A stretch of DNA of 64,000 nucleotides. Origin: Bacteriovoracia bacterium (lineage in GTDB: Bacteria > Bdellovibrionota > Bacteriovoracia > Bacteriovoracales > Bacteriovoracaceae). The translations under genes were made by a program, and so were the position numbers. Numbering within the stretch: the stretch's first letter is position 1; every line of letters begins with the position of its first letter. The stretch covers positions 19,347 through 83,346 of the forward strand of contig JBKHVI010000006.1 of NCBI GenBank assembly GCA_046570105.1, written 5' to 3'. Under the pieces are notes generated by a model. The model ran no database searches, was not told the origin of the DNA, and saw nothing but the letters and a program-made list of their open reading frames with translations. This document shows positions 38,331 to 47,918 of the stretch, piece after piece.

Positions 38331-39118
38331 AAGAATTTTTTGCCGTCATTTGGGAATTGAAAGGTCGTGGAGTGTTCTTTTTTGCGAGCACACTTTTGCT
38401 GGCCACAGTTTGTATCTATCGCCCGAGCGTCAACTTAGGTTTAGTGTCACTGGCCCCTGATGCCTGGGCACGCCCTTACTTTACGGCTTTATTTGATTCA
38501 TCAGTGAATCGTGAAGAAGTCCTGGAAGAAATTCGTCGTCATCCAGAAGTTGTGACTGTTGAAGCGATGGCAAAAAATGAAACAGGCGGAGTCTTAGGTC
38601 GCTTGATTCAGCAAATGGGCGAAAGCTATTCGGCCGATGCGAACAATATTGCTGCTTTTGGTTTACGAGTGGTGCTTAAAAATAGCGCGGCTCAACGCTC
38701 TGGGGAAACACTAGTTACAGGACTTGAAAAGAGTTTTGGAACTGAGCATGTCACGACTTCGGGTGTACGCACTCCGAAAGTCGGTGGTTTATTTTCCACT
38801 CATCCAATTTTTCGCTATCTCTCGCGCTTTGGATTTCCTGGGATCTTAGTGCCTGTCCTTTTAGTTTGGGCGCTGGCCTTCGCACTTTGTTTTAGTCATT
38901 TTAGTCGACGAGCCTTTTTGGTGGAACGTTTCCAGCGTCGCCAACTGGTGCGCGCTAAAACAACGGCAGCAGGTCTTACTTTAGTCGCGGCCATGACTGC
39001 CATCTCATCATTGATATTACAAGGCCCTGATCTCGTGGGAATAGCACTTTGCTTAGCTGCTTTCTCTATTCCGTGGACCGCCACTATGCGTGAGGTAAAA
39101 TGGCGTTCGCAAAACTAA
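38318..39118 (+). CDS. FtsX-like membrane protein (divergent)
   Basis: One N-terminal TM, periplasmic domain, three C-terminal TMs; position in operon. Confidence 0.6.
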   Translation: MFYLKEFFAVIWELKGRGVFFFASTLLLATVCIYRPSVNLGLVSLAPDAWARPYFTALFDSSVNREEVLEEIRRHPEVVTVEAMAKNETGGVLGRLIQQMGESYSADANNIAAFGLRVVLKNSAAQRSGETLVTGLEKSFGTEHVTTSGVRTPKVGGLFSTHPIFRYLSRFGFPGILVPVLLVWALAFALCFSHFSRRAFLVERFQRRQLVRAKTTAAGLTLVAAMTAISSLILQGPDLVGIALCLAAFSIPWTATMREVKWRSQN

Positions 39119-40077
39119 TCCTCATTTTCTCGCTCGCCATCTCTCAGGTACTCGCGGCCAATACGCTAGCGAAGAGCCGTAGCGAAATATTGCAATTAGG
39201 GGCACGCCTTAATGCTTTAGAAAAAAATCTGGGTCAGCATAATAATAAATATCTCGCCGCGATTGAACGCATCCGCGTTTTTGAAACGGATGTGGTGACA
39301 TATCAGCAGCGGCTGACGGAAGTGAAAGCTGAAGCGATCAAGCGTGAGCAAGAAATGGCTTCTATCTTGCGCTCACATGCCCTGGCGATGGTGGAAGATG
39401 AGATTGTTCCTAATGAAGCTTATAAAAAATTAGCTGAAGAAAATCGTGCCCGTGCTGTCGCGGCCACGCGTGAAGCCGAAGCACTGGAGAAGATTGTCGC
39501 TGAATTTCATGAACGGCTTGCCACCCTACGTGCAGACGAACAAGAACTCTTGAAGCTCAGCCAAGATTTAGAAGCTAAGAAACGTCAAATGACGGAAGTC
39601 TATTTGGCCAAACTAGAAGAGCGCCAGAAGTTAGAATCACGTGAACAAAAACAAAAAATTACTACGCGCTTAAGTGCCATCAAACGTGCTGAAGTGACGG
39701 GGGCCCTTATTCCAGCGAGTCTTAAATTTCGCTCACCCGTATTGTCATGGAATGAAGTCGTTCCCTCAGACAAAGGGATAACCTACAAATTGGGCAAGAT
39801 GCAGCCGATTGCAGCTCCGCGTGAAGGCAGAGTCGCTTATAATGGAGAATTGGCCTCATACGGTAAAGTTTTAATGATTGATCATGGCGATGATATTCGT
39901 ACAGTCATGCTGGGTCGCTTTACTTCTAATTTGGAGAAGAATGCTCACGTAAAGGTGGGAGACGTTCTAGGACAGACAGAGGGAACAGCTGATTCTCTCT
40001 ATTTCGAAGTTCGTAAAAAGAACGTCGCACAGAAGACAATTCACTGGATGGAGCCAGCAGCGACAGGTAAAATCTGA
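39100..40077 (+). CDS. envC: EnvC-like murein hydrolase activator (coiled coil + inactive M23)
   Basis: Signal peptide, long coiled coil, YGKVLMIDHG..LYFEVR without Zn ligands. Confidence 0.75.
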   Translation: MAFAKLILIFSLAISQVLAANTLAKSRSEILQLGARLNALEKNLGQHNNKYLAAIERIRVFETDVVTYQQRLTEVKAEAIKREQEMASILRSHALAMVEDEIVPNEAYKKLAEENRARAVAATREAEALEKIVAEFHERLATLRADEQELLKLSQDLEAKKRQMTEVYLAKLEERQKLESREQKQKITTRLSAIKRAEVTGALIPASLKFRSPVLSWNEVVPSDKGITYKLGKMQPIAAPREGRVAYNGELASYGKVLMIDHGDDIRTVMLGRFTSNLEKNAHVKVGDVLGQTEGTADSLYFEVRKKNVAQKTIHWMEPAATGKI

Positions 40078-40101
40078 GGACACCAATTCTGGGAGATCCT
40101 C

Positions 40102-41514
40102 ATGCGTCGCACACTCTTTTCTATTCTAATTCTTTGCTTTTCTCTATTTGCTCACGCTGAAGAAAAGACTGCAGCAAAACCAAATTTAACTAATGCTCAA
40201 CAACGTTCACGTTTTGAACAGTTGGAACTTTTTAACAAAGTACTTTATCTCGTAGAGAATCAATACTATCGCCAAGTCGATACAGAGAAGTTAATTGAAG
40301 GCGCTTTAAAAGGCATGATGGAAACATTGGATCCTCATTCCTCTTTCTTGAATAAAGATTTCTTTCAAAAAATGCAAAACGATACTTCTGGTGAGTTTGG
40401 TGGTCTTGGTCTTGAAGTCACCAGTCGTGATGGCGCGATCATGGTGATTACTCCGATTGAAGACAGTCCGGCTTTCCGTGCTGGCATTCGTCCTCGCGAT
40501 CGTATTGTTGAAATTAATAATGAATCGATTGTGGGCCTTACACTTGATCAAGCGGTTAAACGCATGCATGGCAAGAACGGTGATGTCATGATCCTAGGGA
40601 TTCTTCGTGAAGGTGAGGAGAGTGTAAAAACCTTTAAACTCAAACGCGAAATCATCAAGGTTAATCCTGTTAAGTCTGAGTTGGTGCAGGGAACAGTCGC
40701 TTACGTCCGCCTGACACAATTTCAAAAACGTGCTGCCGTTGCAGTTCAAGAGGCATTGATCAAATTGACTGCCGAAGCAAAGAAGAGTGGTGGACTTTCA
40801 GGCATCATTCTTGATTTACGTTCAAATCCAGGTGGCCTCTTGGATCAAGCGGTGGATGTCTCATCTTTATTTTTAAAAGAAGGCATCGTCGTTTCGACGG
40901 AGTCACGTGACCCGCAAAATAAAGATATTCGCTATGTGAAGAAACAAGGCTGGAAAGACCTCAGCACTCCTCTCGCGGTTTTAATTAATGGTGCTTCAGC
41001 ATCTGCATCTGAAATTGTGGCGGGAGCTATTCAGGATCATAATCGCGGTCCAGTCGTAGGCCTTCAGTCATTTGGTAAGGGCTCTGTGCAAACGGTAGCG
41101 CAGCTTGATGGAGGAACAGGGGTAAAGCTTACTATCGCTCAATACCTCACTCCCAAGGGCCGTCGTATTCAGGGGATTGGTATTGCACCAGATATTACAC
41201 TTGAAGATCTTGATCCCGTGGCGTTTGAGCGTGCAAAGCGTTCAGATCGTTATGTACGCGAGCGTGATCTGCGCAACCACCTCACCGCCACCGTTGAAAC
41301 AGCTGAAGAAAAGAAGATTCGTGAAGCGTGGGAAAAAGAAGATCGTTTGAAGCGTGCCGATGCGATTGCGCAAAAACGCAAAGCTGCTAAAGAAGGTAAG
41401 AAAGAAGAAGATGATATCTTTCATATCTATAAGCCTTCGGAAGACTACCAAGTGCAGCAAACAGCATCGCTTCTAAAAACGATTCAATTGGTGGCACCTA
41501 AGGTCATTAAGTAA
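40102..41514 (+). CDS. ctpA: Carboxyl-terminal processing protease (S41A, PDZ)
   Basis: LDPHS, GLGL, DLRSNPGG, SASASEI, FGKGSVQ. Confidence 0.93.
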   Translation: MRRTLFSILILCFSLFAHAEEKTAAKPNLTNAQQRSRFEQLELFNKVLYLVENQYYRQVDTEKLIEGALKGMMETLDPHSSFLNKDFFQKMQNDTSGEFGGLGLEVTSRDGAIMVITPIEDSPAFRAGIRPRDRIVEINNESIVGLTLDQAVKRMHGKNGDVMILGILREGEESVKTFKLKREIIKVNPVKSELVQGTVAYVRLTQFQKRAAVAVQEALIKLTAEAKKSGGLSGIILDLRSNPGGLLDQAVDVSSLFLKEGIVVSTESRDPQNKDIRYVKKQGWKDLSTPLAVLINGASASASEIVAGAIQDHNRGPVVGLQSFGKGSVQTVAQLDGGTGVKLTIAQYLTPKGRRIQGIGIAPDITLEDLDPVAFERAKRSDRYVRERDLRNHLTATVETAEEKKIREAWEKEDRLKRADAIAQKRKAAKEGKKEEDDIFHIYKPSEDYQVQQTASLLKTIQLVAPKVIK

Positions 41515-42797
41515 TGTTGACGCTCGGGCAGAAGGCGGCAAGCGTATCTGAGCTGGTCGCCCACATTAAGCAAACTCTCGAAGAGACTTTTTTTGAAGTC
41601 ATGGTTGAGGGTGAGATCACGGGTATCTCTCATGCTCATAGTGGGCATTGTTATTTCAATCTAATGGATGAAGAAGCTTCCATCTCTTGTGCGTTTTTTC
41701 GCCAAGATGTATTACGTCACCCGGGTTTCAAAAATATCAAAGAAGGCGATCGCGTTTTAGTTTATGGACCTTTGACGGTTTATCAAAAACGCGGCTCATT
41801 TCAGATACAAGTTAAAAGAGTCATGCCGGCCGGAGAAGGTCTGTGGAAATTAAAGTTTGAGGCGCTAAAGAAAAAACTTAGCAGTGAAGGCTTGTTTGAT
41901 CCTGAAAGGAAGAAACCAATTCCGGCCTTTCCACGACGAATCGCTCTGATTACAGCACCGGGTGGCGCTGCCCTTCATGACTTTTTAAACGTCTATGAAC
42001 GACGCTCAATGGGGTTTGAAATTGTTTTGATTCCCGCATTGGTTCAAGGCGACAAAGCACCTAGCTCACTTATCAATGCTCTCAATAAACTTGAGAAAGT
42101 AGAGCCCTTTGATGTGGTCGTTCTTACTCGAGGCGGTGGTAGCCCTGAAGATCTGTGGTGCTTTAATGATGAAGCTCTCATTCGCAAAATGGCAGAATGT
42201 CCTTATCCCATTATCAGTGCTGTGGGCCACGAGGTGGATTGGACTTTAAGTGATCATGTTGCTGATCTGCGCTGCGAGACTCCCACGGCAGCGGCCGAAA
42301 CTTTGACTCAGCCTCAGACAGAAGTATTACGTCGTTTGGTACAAACGCGTGATCGTTTGATTAATCATTTAAAGACGAAGCAAGCGGAAGCTCAGCGTTT
42401 GTTGTTGCGCTATCATCCTCGTCAGCTCATAGGTATTTTGCGCGAAAGACTTCAGGAACAAATTCAGCGTGTAGAAAAACTAAACCCGCTTCATCGGGCC
42501 GATAAGTTTGTTCCGGTCAATCAGCGCAGTATGGAACTTGATGATCTGGCCAGTCGTTTAGAAAAACGAGTCAAAGAGCAATGGCAAAATTCTCAGCATC
42601 GCTTGGATAAGGCGCACGCTCGTATCGAAGCGTTGAATCCAACGAAAGTTCTCTCGCGTGGGTACTCGATGGTGACATCTTCAGCGGGAATTATTAGCAC
42701 TCAATTACAATTCAAAAAAATGAAGACAGGTGAAGTCTTGCAACTCGTTTTCCAAGATGGGACGGGACAAGTGCAAAAGATTGGAGGCGATTTATGA
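41514..42797 (+). CDS. xseA: Exodeoxyribonuclease VII large subunit
   Basis: VEGEI..SGHCYF, RGGGS.EDLW.FNDE, AVGHE.D, TPTAAA. Confidence 0.95.
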   Translation: MLTLGQKAASVSELVAHIKQTLEETFFEVMVEGEITGISHAHSGHCYFNLMDEEASISCAFFRQDVLRHPGFKNIKEGDRVLVYGPLTVYQKRGSFQIQVKRVMPAGEGLWKLKFEALKKKLSSEGLFDPERKKPIPAFPRRIALITAPGGAALHDFLNVYERRSMGFEIVLIPALVQGDKAPSSLINALNKLEKVEPFDVVVLTRGGGSPEDLWCFNDEALIRKMAECPYPIISAVGHEVDWTLSDHVADLRCETPTAAAETLTQPQTEVLRRLVQTRDRLINHLKTKQAEAQRLLLRYHPRQLIGILRERLQEQIQRVEKLNPLHRADKFVPVNQRSMELDDLASRLEKRVKEQWQNSQHRLDKAHARIEALNPTKVLSRGYSMVTSSAGIISTQLQFKKMKTGEVLQLVFQDGTGQVQKIGGDL

Positions 42798-43663
42798 AAT
42801 ATTTATTCTTGGTGATGTTAATATCTCAAGCCTGTGCCACTGCTCCTAAGACGCCGGTTATTAAGGCGGAGAGCTTACCTGAACTCATGAAAATTGATAC
42901 CCAGCCAGGCATGGTTCGGTGGGTGACATTTAAAGTTCCCAGCGGCTGGGAGAAAGCGGAATTGTGGTGCAAAGATCAGCGCCTCAAGCACGTCAGCATG
43001 AATCCTGGTGTACACTTTGCCTATATCGCAGAGACTTACTTCTCTGATCTTAATACTCATCAGTGTCGTCTTAAGAAAGACAAAGAAGAGCGCTCGGTCG
43101 TGGAGTTCTCAATCAAGCCTTACAAGTACAAAGAAGAGTATTTAAAAGTGAATCCTCGCAAGGTGACACTGGCGAAAAAAGATCTTGAGCGTGCCCAAAA
43201 AGAGCAACGCATGCTGAATGAACTCTACAGTCAATCGGCCTTGACTCCCTATTTTGCGGAGCCATTTAGGGCGCCATTAAATTCACATATCACGAGTGTC
43301 TATGGCATCAAACGTGTCTACAATAAGGCCCATCGAGGTCAACACTTAGGGACTGATTACCGAGCGGCGGTAGGTGTCCCTGTTCCGGCGGTCAATCGTG
43401 GACGTATTATGTTTGCTGGCGATCTGTTTTATACTGGCGGAACCGTCATCATCGACCATGGAATGGATATTTTCACCGTCTACGGGCATCTGTCTGAGGT
43501 GAAAGTTGAAGCCGGTCAAATCGTGAATGCAGGAGATATTGTTGCTCTGTCTGGAAATACTGGCCGCTCCAGTGGGCCTCACCTGCACTGGGGTGTGAAA
43601 ATTCATGGGCATTATATCGACGGATATTCCCTGATTGAAGAGACGAAAAAACAATTTCCATGA
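42794..43663 (+). CDS. M23 family metallopeptidase (lipoprotein)
   Basis: ISQAC lipobox; HLGTD and GPHLHW Zn ligands. Confidence 0.9.
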   Translation: MKYLFLVMLISQACATAPKTPVIKAESLPELMKIDTQPGMVRWVTFKVPSGWEKAELWCKDQRLKHVSMNPGVHFAYIAETYFSDLNTHQCRLKKDKEERSVVEFSIKPYKYKEEYLKVNPRKVTLAKKDLERAQKEQRMLNELYSQSALTPYFAEPFRAPLNSHITSVYGIKRVYNKAHRGQHLGTDYRAAVGVPVPAVNRGRIMFAGDLFYTGGTVIIDHGMDIFTVYGHLSEVKVEAGQIVNAGDIVALSGNTGRSSGPHLHWGVKIHGHYIDGYSLIEETKKQFP

Positions 43664-45363
43664 ACACACGCACGCTGCTTAACGATCAGGCACATCGTTT
43701 AGTTTTTTTGTTAGATCCTCTCCATCCTCAAGATGTGCGTACCACTCTTGAAGGTTGGATTAAACCATTGAGAGGGGCCACACTGGGAACTTGGGGTGAG
43801 AAAGTTCCCGCTGGAAAGCTCGCGTTGTGTCTTCCATCTCCTGCCTGGGAGAAGCCTAAGCGCTTCCAGGGCCACGCCGTTTTCGTTCGACCCATTCATC
43901 AAGATCTTTTAAGTCTCAGTGAGACTTCTCAAATTGAAGAGCAAGTCGATGCTGTCTTGGAGGCCCATGAAGGAGAGACACCTTTTTATGTGGTGGTAGC
44001 AGGACTTCTGTCTCGCGCGATGGCGCGAGAAGGCGAGAGTGCGCGCAAGATGGCCTTGAAGTATTCCCGTCAGTTTGAGCGACAATTAAAAAATGCCATG
44101 ACTGAGTTAAGTGAAGATCCGGCACTTCATACTCTGTACCTAGAGAACTTTGAACGATTCTTAGATTTACAAGAAGAGCTAGCCGGTGCGCCTGGTGTAG
44201 AAACACTGACACAAAATTTGGAATTACTGGCACGTCGCTTGGATCGAAAAAAGAATTGGCGCCTCCATTTTTCTGGAGCACCAGCTTCTGAGGGCGCGGG
44301 ACAGCTTTTTTATTTGGGACGTCTACAGGGAGCGCCGGTTTTTTTAGAGAACCTTACTCAGCTGGAAACAACACTTGATATCACCGCGGCCGCCTTGATT
44401 GCCGCCTCACTCACTAAAATTGTTAAACGGTGGGAGAGTGATCAGTCAGATATTAAGCCCGGACAAATGGTGCAAGAGGCGTTTCAAGCGCTGCCTTTTC
44501 CGATGCTACTTTTAGGTGGTAAAGGTGAAGTCCTGCAACACAATACTGCCTTTGTAAAAATGAATCTGACACCTTCACGCGTGCATAAACTACAAGACAT
44601 TGATCAAGTTCAGCTAAAAGAACAGAGCTGGACTGTCAGAAGAACGATGTTGAGTGGCAGCCAAGACTCTCGACTGTTATTTACTTTTTTACCTGAAAAG
44701 ATCAAAGGGATGTCGACTGATTCGAATATGGGTGGCCAAGATTTAGGGATTATCACCAGCTCGATTGCTCATGAACTTAATAATCCTATCGCTGGCCTAT
44801 TAGTCGCTCTTGAGATGTTATCCATGGAAGATTTTTGGGATGAGGAATCGAGAGAGCAGTTGAGTGAGATGCGACAGGGTACACTCAGATGTAAGCAGTT
44901 GGTTGAAACCTTCCTTGGTTTTTCTCGAATGAAGCCTATGGATGGGGAAGTTCGCGATAAAGATCTATTAAAGAACTGTTTTGAGCAGGCGCTTAATTTG
45001 CAGCGTTTTCGCATGGTGGAAAGTGGCCTTAGGGTGAATATCTCTCACATACAAAAACACCCCTTTGCTTATTCGCTTCACGCACCCACTGCTACTATGC
45101 TCGCCTATCTCGTGATTGGCGACATCATGACGGCGTTTCATCATTTGAAATTATTGGAACGCAGATCGGCCCGCGGGATGGTTTTAGAGGCAGAAGTGTT
45201 TGAAGATGCTGATAGATTTCAAATTGTTTTGAAGCCGCAAATAGCTCTGAAGCAGGGGCTCTCCTCAAAACTATTGCATTATCTTCTTCAGCAAGAAAAG
45301 TTGCTGCTTGAAATGAGCAGTGAAGGTGAACTTATGTTTACTCACCAGAATGTTCTTATCTAA
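43660..45363 (+). CDS. PAS-like + HisKA protein with degenerate ATPase domain
   Basis: IAHELNNPIAG H-box; no N/G1/F/G2 boxes visible. Confidence 0.75.
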   Translation: MNTRTLLNDQAHRLVFLLDPLHPQDVRTTLEGWIKPLRGATLGTWGEKVPAGKLALCLPSPAWEKPKRFQGHAVFVRPIHQDLLSLSETSQIEEQVDAVLEAHEGETPFYVVVAGLLSRAMAREGESARKMALKYSRQFERQLKNAMTELSEDPALHTLYLENFERFLDLQEELAGAPGVETLTQNLELLARRLDRKKNWRLHFSGAPASEGAGQLFYLGRLQGAPVFLENLTQLETTLDITAAALIAASLTKIVKRWESDQSDIKPGQMVQEAFQALPFPMLLLGGKGEVLQHNTAFVKMNLTPSRVHKLQDIDQVQLKEQSWTVRRTMLSGSQDSRLLFTFLPEKIKGMSTDSNMGGQDLGIITSSIAHELNNPIAGLLVALEMLSMEDFWDEESREQLSEMRQGTLRCKQLVETFLGFSRMKPMDGEVRDKDLLKNCFEQALNLQRFRMVESGLRVNISHIQKHPFAYSLHAPTATMLAYLVIGDIMTAFHHLKLLERRSARGMVLEAEVFEDADRFQIVLKPQIALKQGLSSKLLHYLLQQEKLLLEMSSEGELMFTHQNVLI

Positions 45364-46664
45364 AAGTAATGTCCTGGGAACTTAAATTCATCGGGATGAA
45401 TTTTAACTAAACCTTCAATCTTGCTAAAAAAGTTTCGCTGCTCTTTTTTGAGTTCATTGCGTGATAAAAAGAGATGACTCGTATCACCTGCTGATTTCTT
45501 CTTTAAAATATGAGCTTCAATCAGCGGCTTCACTTCGCCTAAAAGTTGATGGCGACGTTTGCCTTTATTTTGATCAAAGCGCACAACTTGGCCTTGAAGA
45601 AACTGCGCCACTTTCTTACGATGGGCCGGGAATTTGAAAATCAATTGTGAGAAAGGTCCCAAACTCATCAGTGAATAAATGAGTAGCTGACCTTGGATGA
45701 GATGTGGAACCACTAAGAAATCATCATCCTCAAGTGGAGAGTGCTCAAGAGGAGGAGTCGGGTGTTGCTCTTGCAGATAGGCGAGTGTTTGCAGGCGAGT
45801 GGCTTCTGGGATTTTGAGATAGTGAGAATTAAATTGCATCAATCCTTCGATATGAGGACCAATTAAGCGCACGGTAATTAAATTCCAATCGAGTGTGCCT
45901 AAAAATACTGAAAGCTTTTTCCATTCTTCTTTTGGGTTCTCAATCGGAAGCAGAGAAAGAATCACTCCTTGTGTGCCTTTGACAGTCAATAGAACAGGTC
46001 TCGTTTCAGAAGAAAGGATCTGCTCAATATCTTTAAGACTTTTATCTTGTGAGTCGTAATGACGACGATCGAGTTCAAAACGATTGCGGGGGTAGTAGAG
46101 CTGATTAACTTTACGAATCTCTTTCTTTTGAAAAATATCCAGATACTTCAAAAGTAACTTGGCAGTGGTACGAGCATCTTCCACCGCACGGTGGGCTTTC
46201 TGATCTCCCAGATCAAAAATTTTGCCCATATACTCCAAGTTAGAATTCACAATTTCAGGAATCATGTACTTGGTCATGACATTGGTACAAAGTACTTTAT
46301 TCTCAAGAGAAGGAAGCTGAGCTTCTGTCAGTTTGGCATTGAGAAAGGGAATATCAAATGATGTGTTATGGGCGACCAAAATCGCATCGCCGGCGAACTG
46401 ACGAACTTCATCAGCAATTTCTTTAAAAGTCGGAGAACCAAGCACATCGGCCTGCTTCACACCGGTTAGACGCTGTACGAACTCAGGAATTTCGCGCTCT
46501 GGGTTTACCATGAAGCTGCGCTCTTCAGTGACTTTGAGATCTTCAATGCGAATCATGCCAATTTCAAAGATTTGATCTTTTTCAGCACTGCCACCGGTCG
46601 TTTCCAGATCGATAACACAAAATTTAAGGGAACGAAGGAGGGCCTCAGGTGATTGATCTGTCAT
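45360..46664 (-). CDS. DEDDh 3'-5' exonuclease (DnaQ/PolC-like) with C-terminal extension
   Basis: IDLETTG, AHNTSFD, HRAVEDA. Confidence 0.88.
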   Translation of the reverse strand: MTDQSPEALLRSLKFCVIDLETTGGSAEKDQIFEIGMIRIEDLKVTEERSFMVNPEREIPEFVQRLTGVKQADVLGSPTFKEIADEVRQFAGDAILVAHNTSFDIPFLNAKLTEAQLPSLENKVLCTNVMTKYMIPEIVNSNLEYMGKIFDLGDQKAHRAVEDARTTAKLLLKYLDIFQKKEIRKVNQLYYPRNRFELDRRHYDSQDKSLKDIEQILSSETRPVLLTVKGTQGVILSLLPIENPKEEWKKLSVFLGTLDWNLITVRLIGPHIEGLMQFNSHYLKIPEATRLQTLAYLQEQHPTPPLEHSPLEDDDFLVVPHLIQGQLLIYSLMSLGPFSQLIFKFPAHRKKVAQFLQGQVVRFDQNKGKRRHQLLGEVKPLIEAHILKKKSAGDTSHLFLSRNELKKEQRNFFSKIEGLVKIHPDEFKFPGHYF

Positions 46665-46701
46665 GTTTTCTCGCGAAACATTCGCTTCGCGCTCCGAGAA
46701 A

Positions 46702-47088
46702 TTATTTTTTCGTTAAATGCTCTGGGGTAAAAGCCAGGGGCATAATGTCTTTAAACTTTAAAATTTGTTCTTTGCCAGCTTTGTCACCGATGATGATTTC
46801 TAACTCTGGGGCAGCAAACTCGGACATCACTTGGCGGCACATTCCACATGGAGGCCAGCCGGCATCAGTGTAGACGTAAACACGCTTTACGCGTTTGTGG
46901 CCTTCTGAGATGGCCTTCCAGATAGCAACTCTTTCAGCACAGACCGTTCCACCAAAACTTGAATTTTCAATGTTGCAGCCTTGAAACACAGTGCCGTCTT
47001 CCATCACAATCGCGCTTCCCACTTTGGCATGGGAATAGGGTGAGTGAGAATGCTGAGCGGCCGCCAGGGCTAATTGTCTTAAATCCAT
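46702..47088 (-). CDS. cdd: Cytidine deaminase
   Basis: GCNIEN, CAER, PCGMCRQ. Confidence 0.95.
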   Translation of the reverse strand: MDLRQLALAAAQHSHSPYSHAKVGSAIVMEDGTVFQGCNIENSSFGGTVCAERVAIWKAISEGHKRVKRVYVYTDAGWPPCGMCRQVMSEFAAPELEIIIGDKAGKEQILKFKDIMPLAFTPEHLTKK

Positions 47089-47091
47089 AAT

Positions 47092-47907
47092 TTATTTTAA
47101 ACCCTGGATTGTTTCAGTCAACACAGTGGCGAAACCTGCCATCGCCTTTTGGGCCACAAGCTTCACATCGGCGTGATTAAGCTTCTCGGGCTTCAGTCCT
47201 GCTGCGTAGTTAGTGATACAGGCCACACCGGCCACGCGAATACCTAAGTGAGCTGCTGCGATAACCTCTGGTACTGTGCTCATGCCGACCATATCGCCGC
47301 CAAGCTTGGCGAGCATGCGGATTTCAGCAGGAGTTTCGTATGTAGGGCCTAAAAGCCAGCAATAGACGCCCGATTTCATCTCAATTCCATGGGTCTTGCC
47401 ACTGGCCTTAAGAAGCTCGCGCAACTCTTTAGGGTAGGCCTCCGACATATCCGGGAAGCGCGGACCCAATTGATTGAGGTTAGGTCCTACCAATGGATTG
47501 CGACCAGAGAGATTCATGTGGTCTTCGATGATAACCAAATCACCGGGATGATAATTACTGTTGATACCACCTGAGGCGTTCGTCACAAAAAGCGTTTTAA
47601 CTCCCAAGAGGGCCATTACACGAACAGGAAGAACAACATCTTCCATTGGATAGCCTTCATAGGCATGCAAGCGGCCAGAGAGAGCGACGACACTTTTGCC
47701 TTTCACTTTACCAAAGATCAGACGGCCATCATGACCTTCAACAGTGGTGCGGTGGAAGTGGGGAATATCAGTGTAGGGAATCGTGATGCGATCTTCGATG
47801 TGATCAACATAAATACCAAGTCCTGATCCCAAGACGATTCCGATCTCAGGAGTGACGGCAATCTTTGAGCGCAAGTACTGAGCGGCTTCTTCAATTTTTT
47901 GATACAT
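47092..47907 (-). CDS. punA: Purine nucleoside phosphorylase (trimeric type)
   Basis: LGSGLG, GRLHAYEG, GPTYETPAE, VGMSTVPE. Confidence 0.93.
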   Translation of the reverse strand: MYQKIEEAAQYLRSKIAVTPEIGIVLGSGLGIYVDHIEDRITIPYTDIPHFHRTTVEGHDGRLIFGKVKGKSVVALSGRLHAYEGYPMEDVVLPVRVMALLGVKTLFVTNASGGINSNYHPGDLVIIEDHMNLSGRNPLVGPNLNQLGPRFPDMSEAYPKELRELLKASGKTHGIEMKSGVYCWLLGPTYETPAEIRMLAKLGGDMVGMSTVPEVIAAAHLGIRVAGVACITNYAAGLKPEKLNHADVKLVAQKAMAGFATVLTETIQGLK

Positions 47908-47918
47908 CTTAAGCTCCT

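Noticed and set aside
39100..40077. Loss of Zn ligands in the M23 domain as a novelty
   Set aside because: This is the normal state for EnvC-type activators
45360..46080. Degenerate GIY-YIG domain in the DEDDh exonuclease C-terminus
   Set aside because: The resemblance is too weak to support by eye
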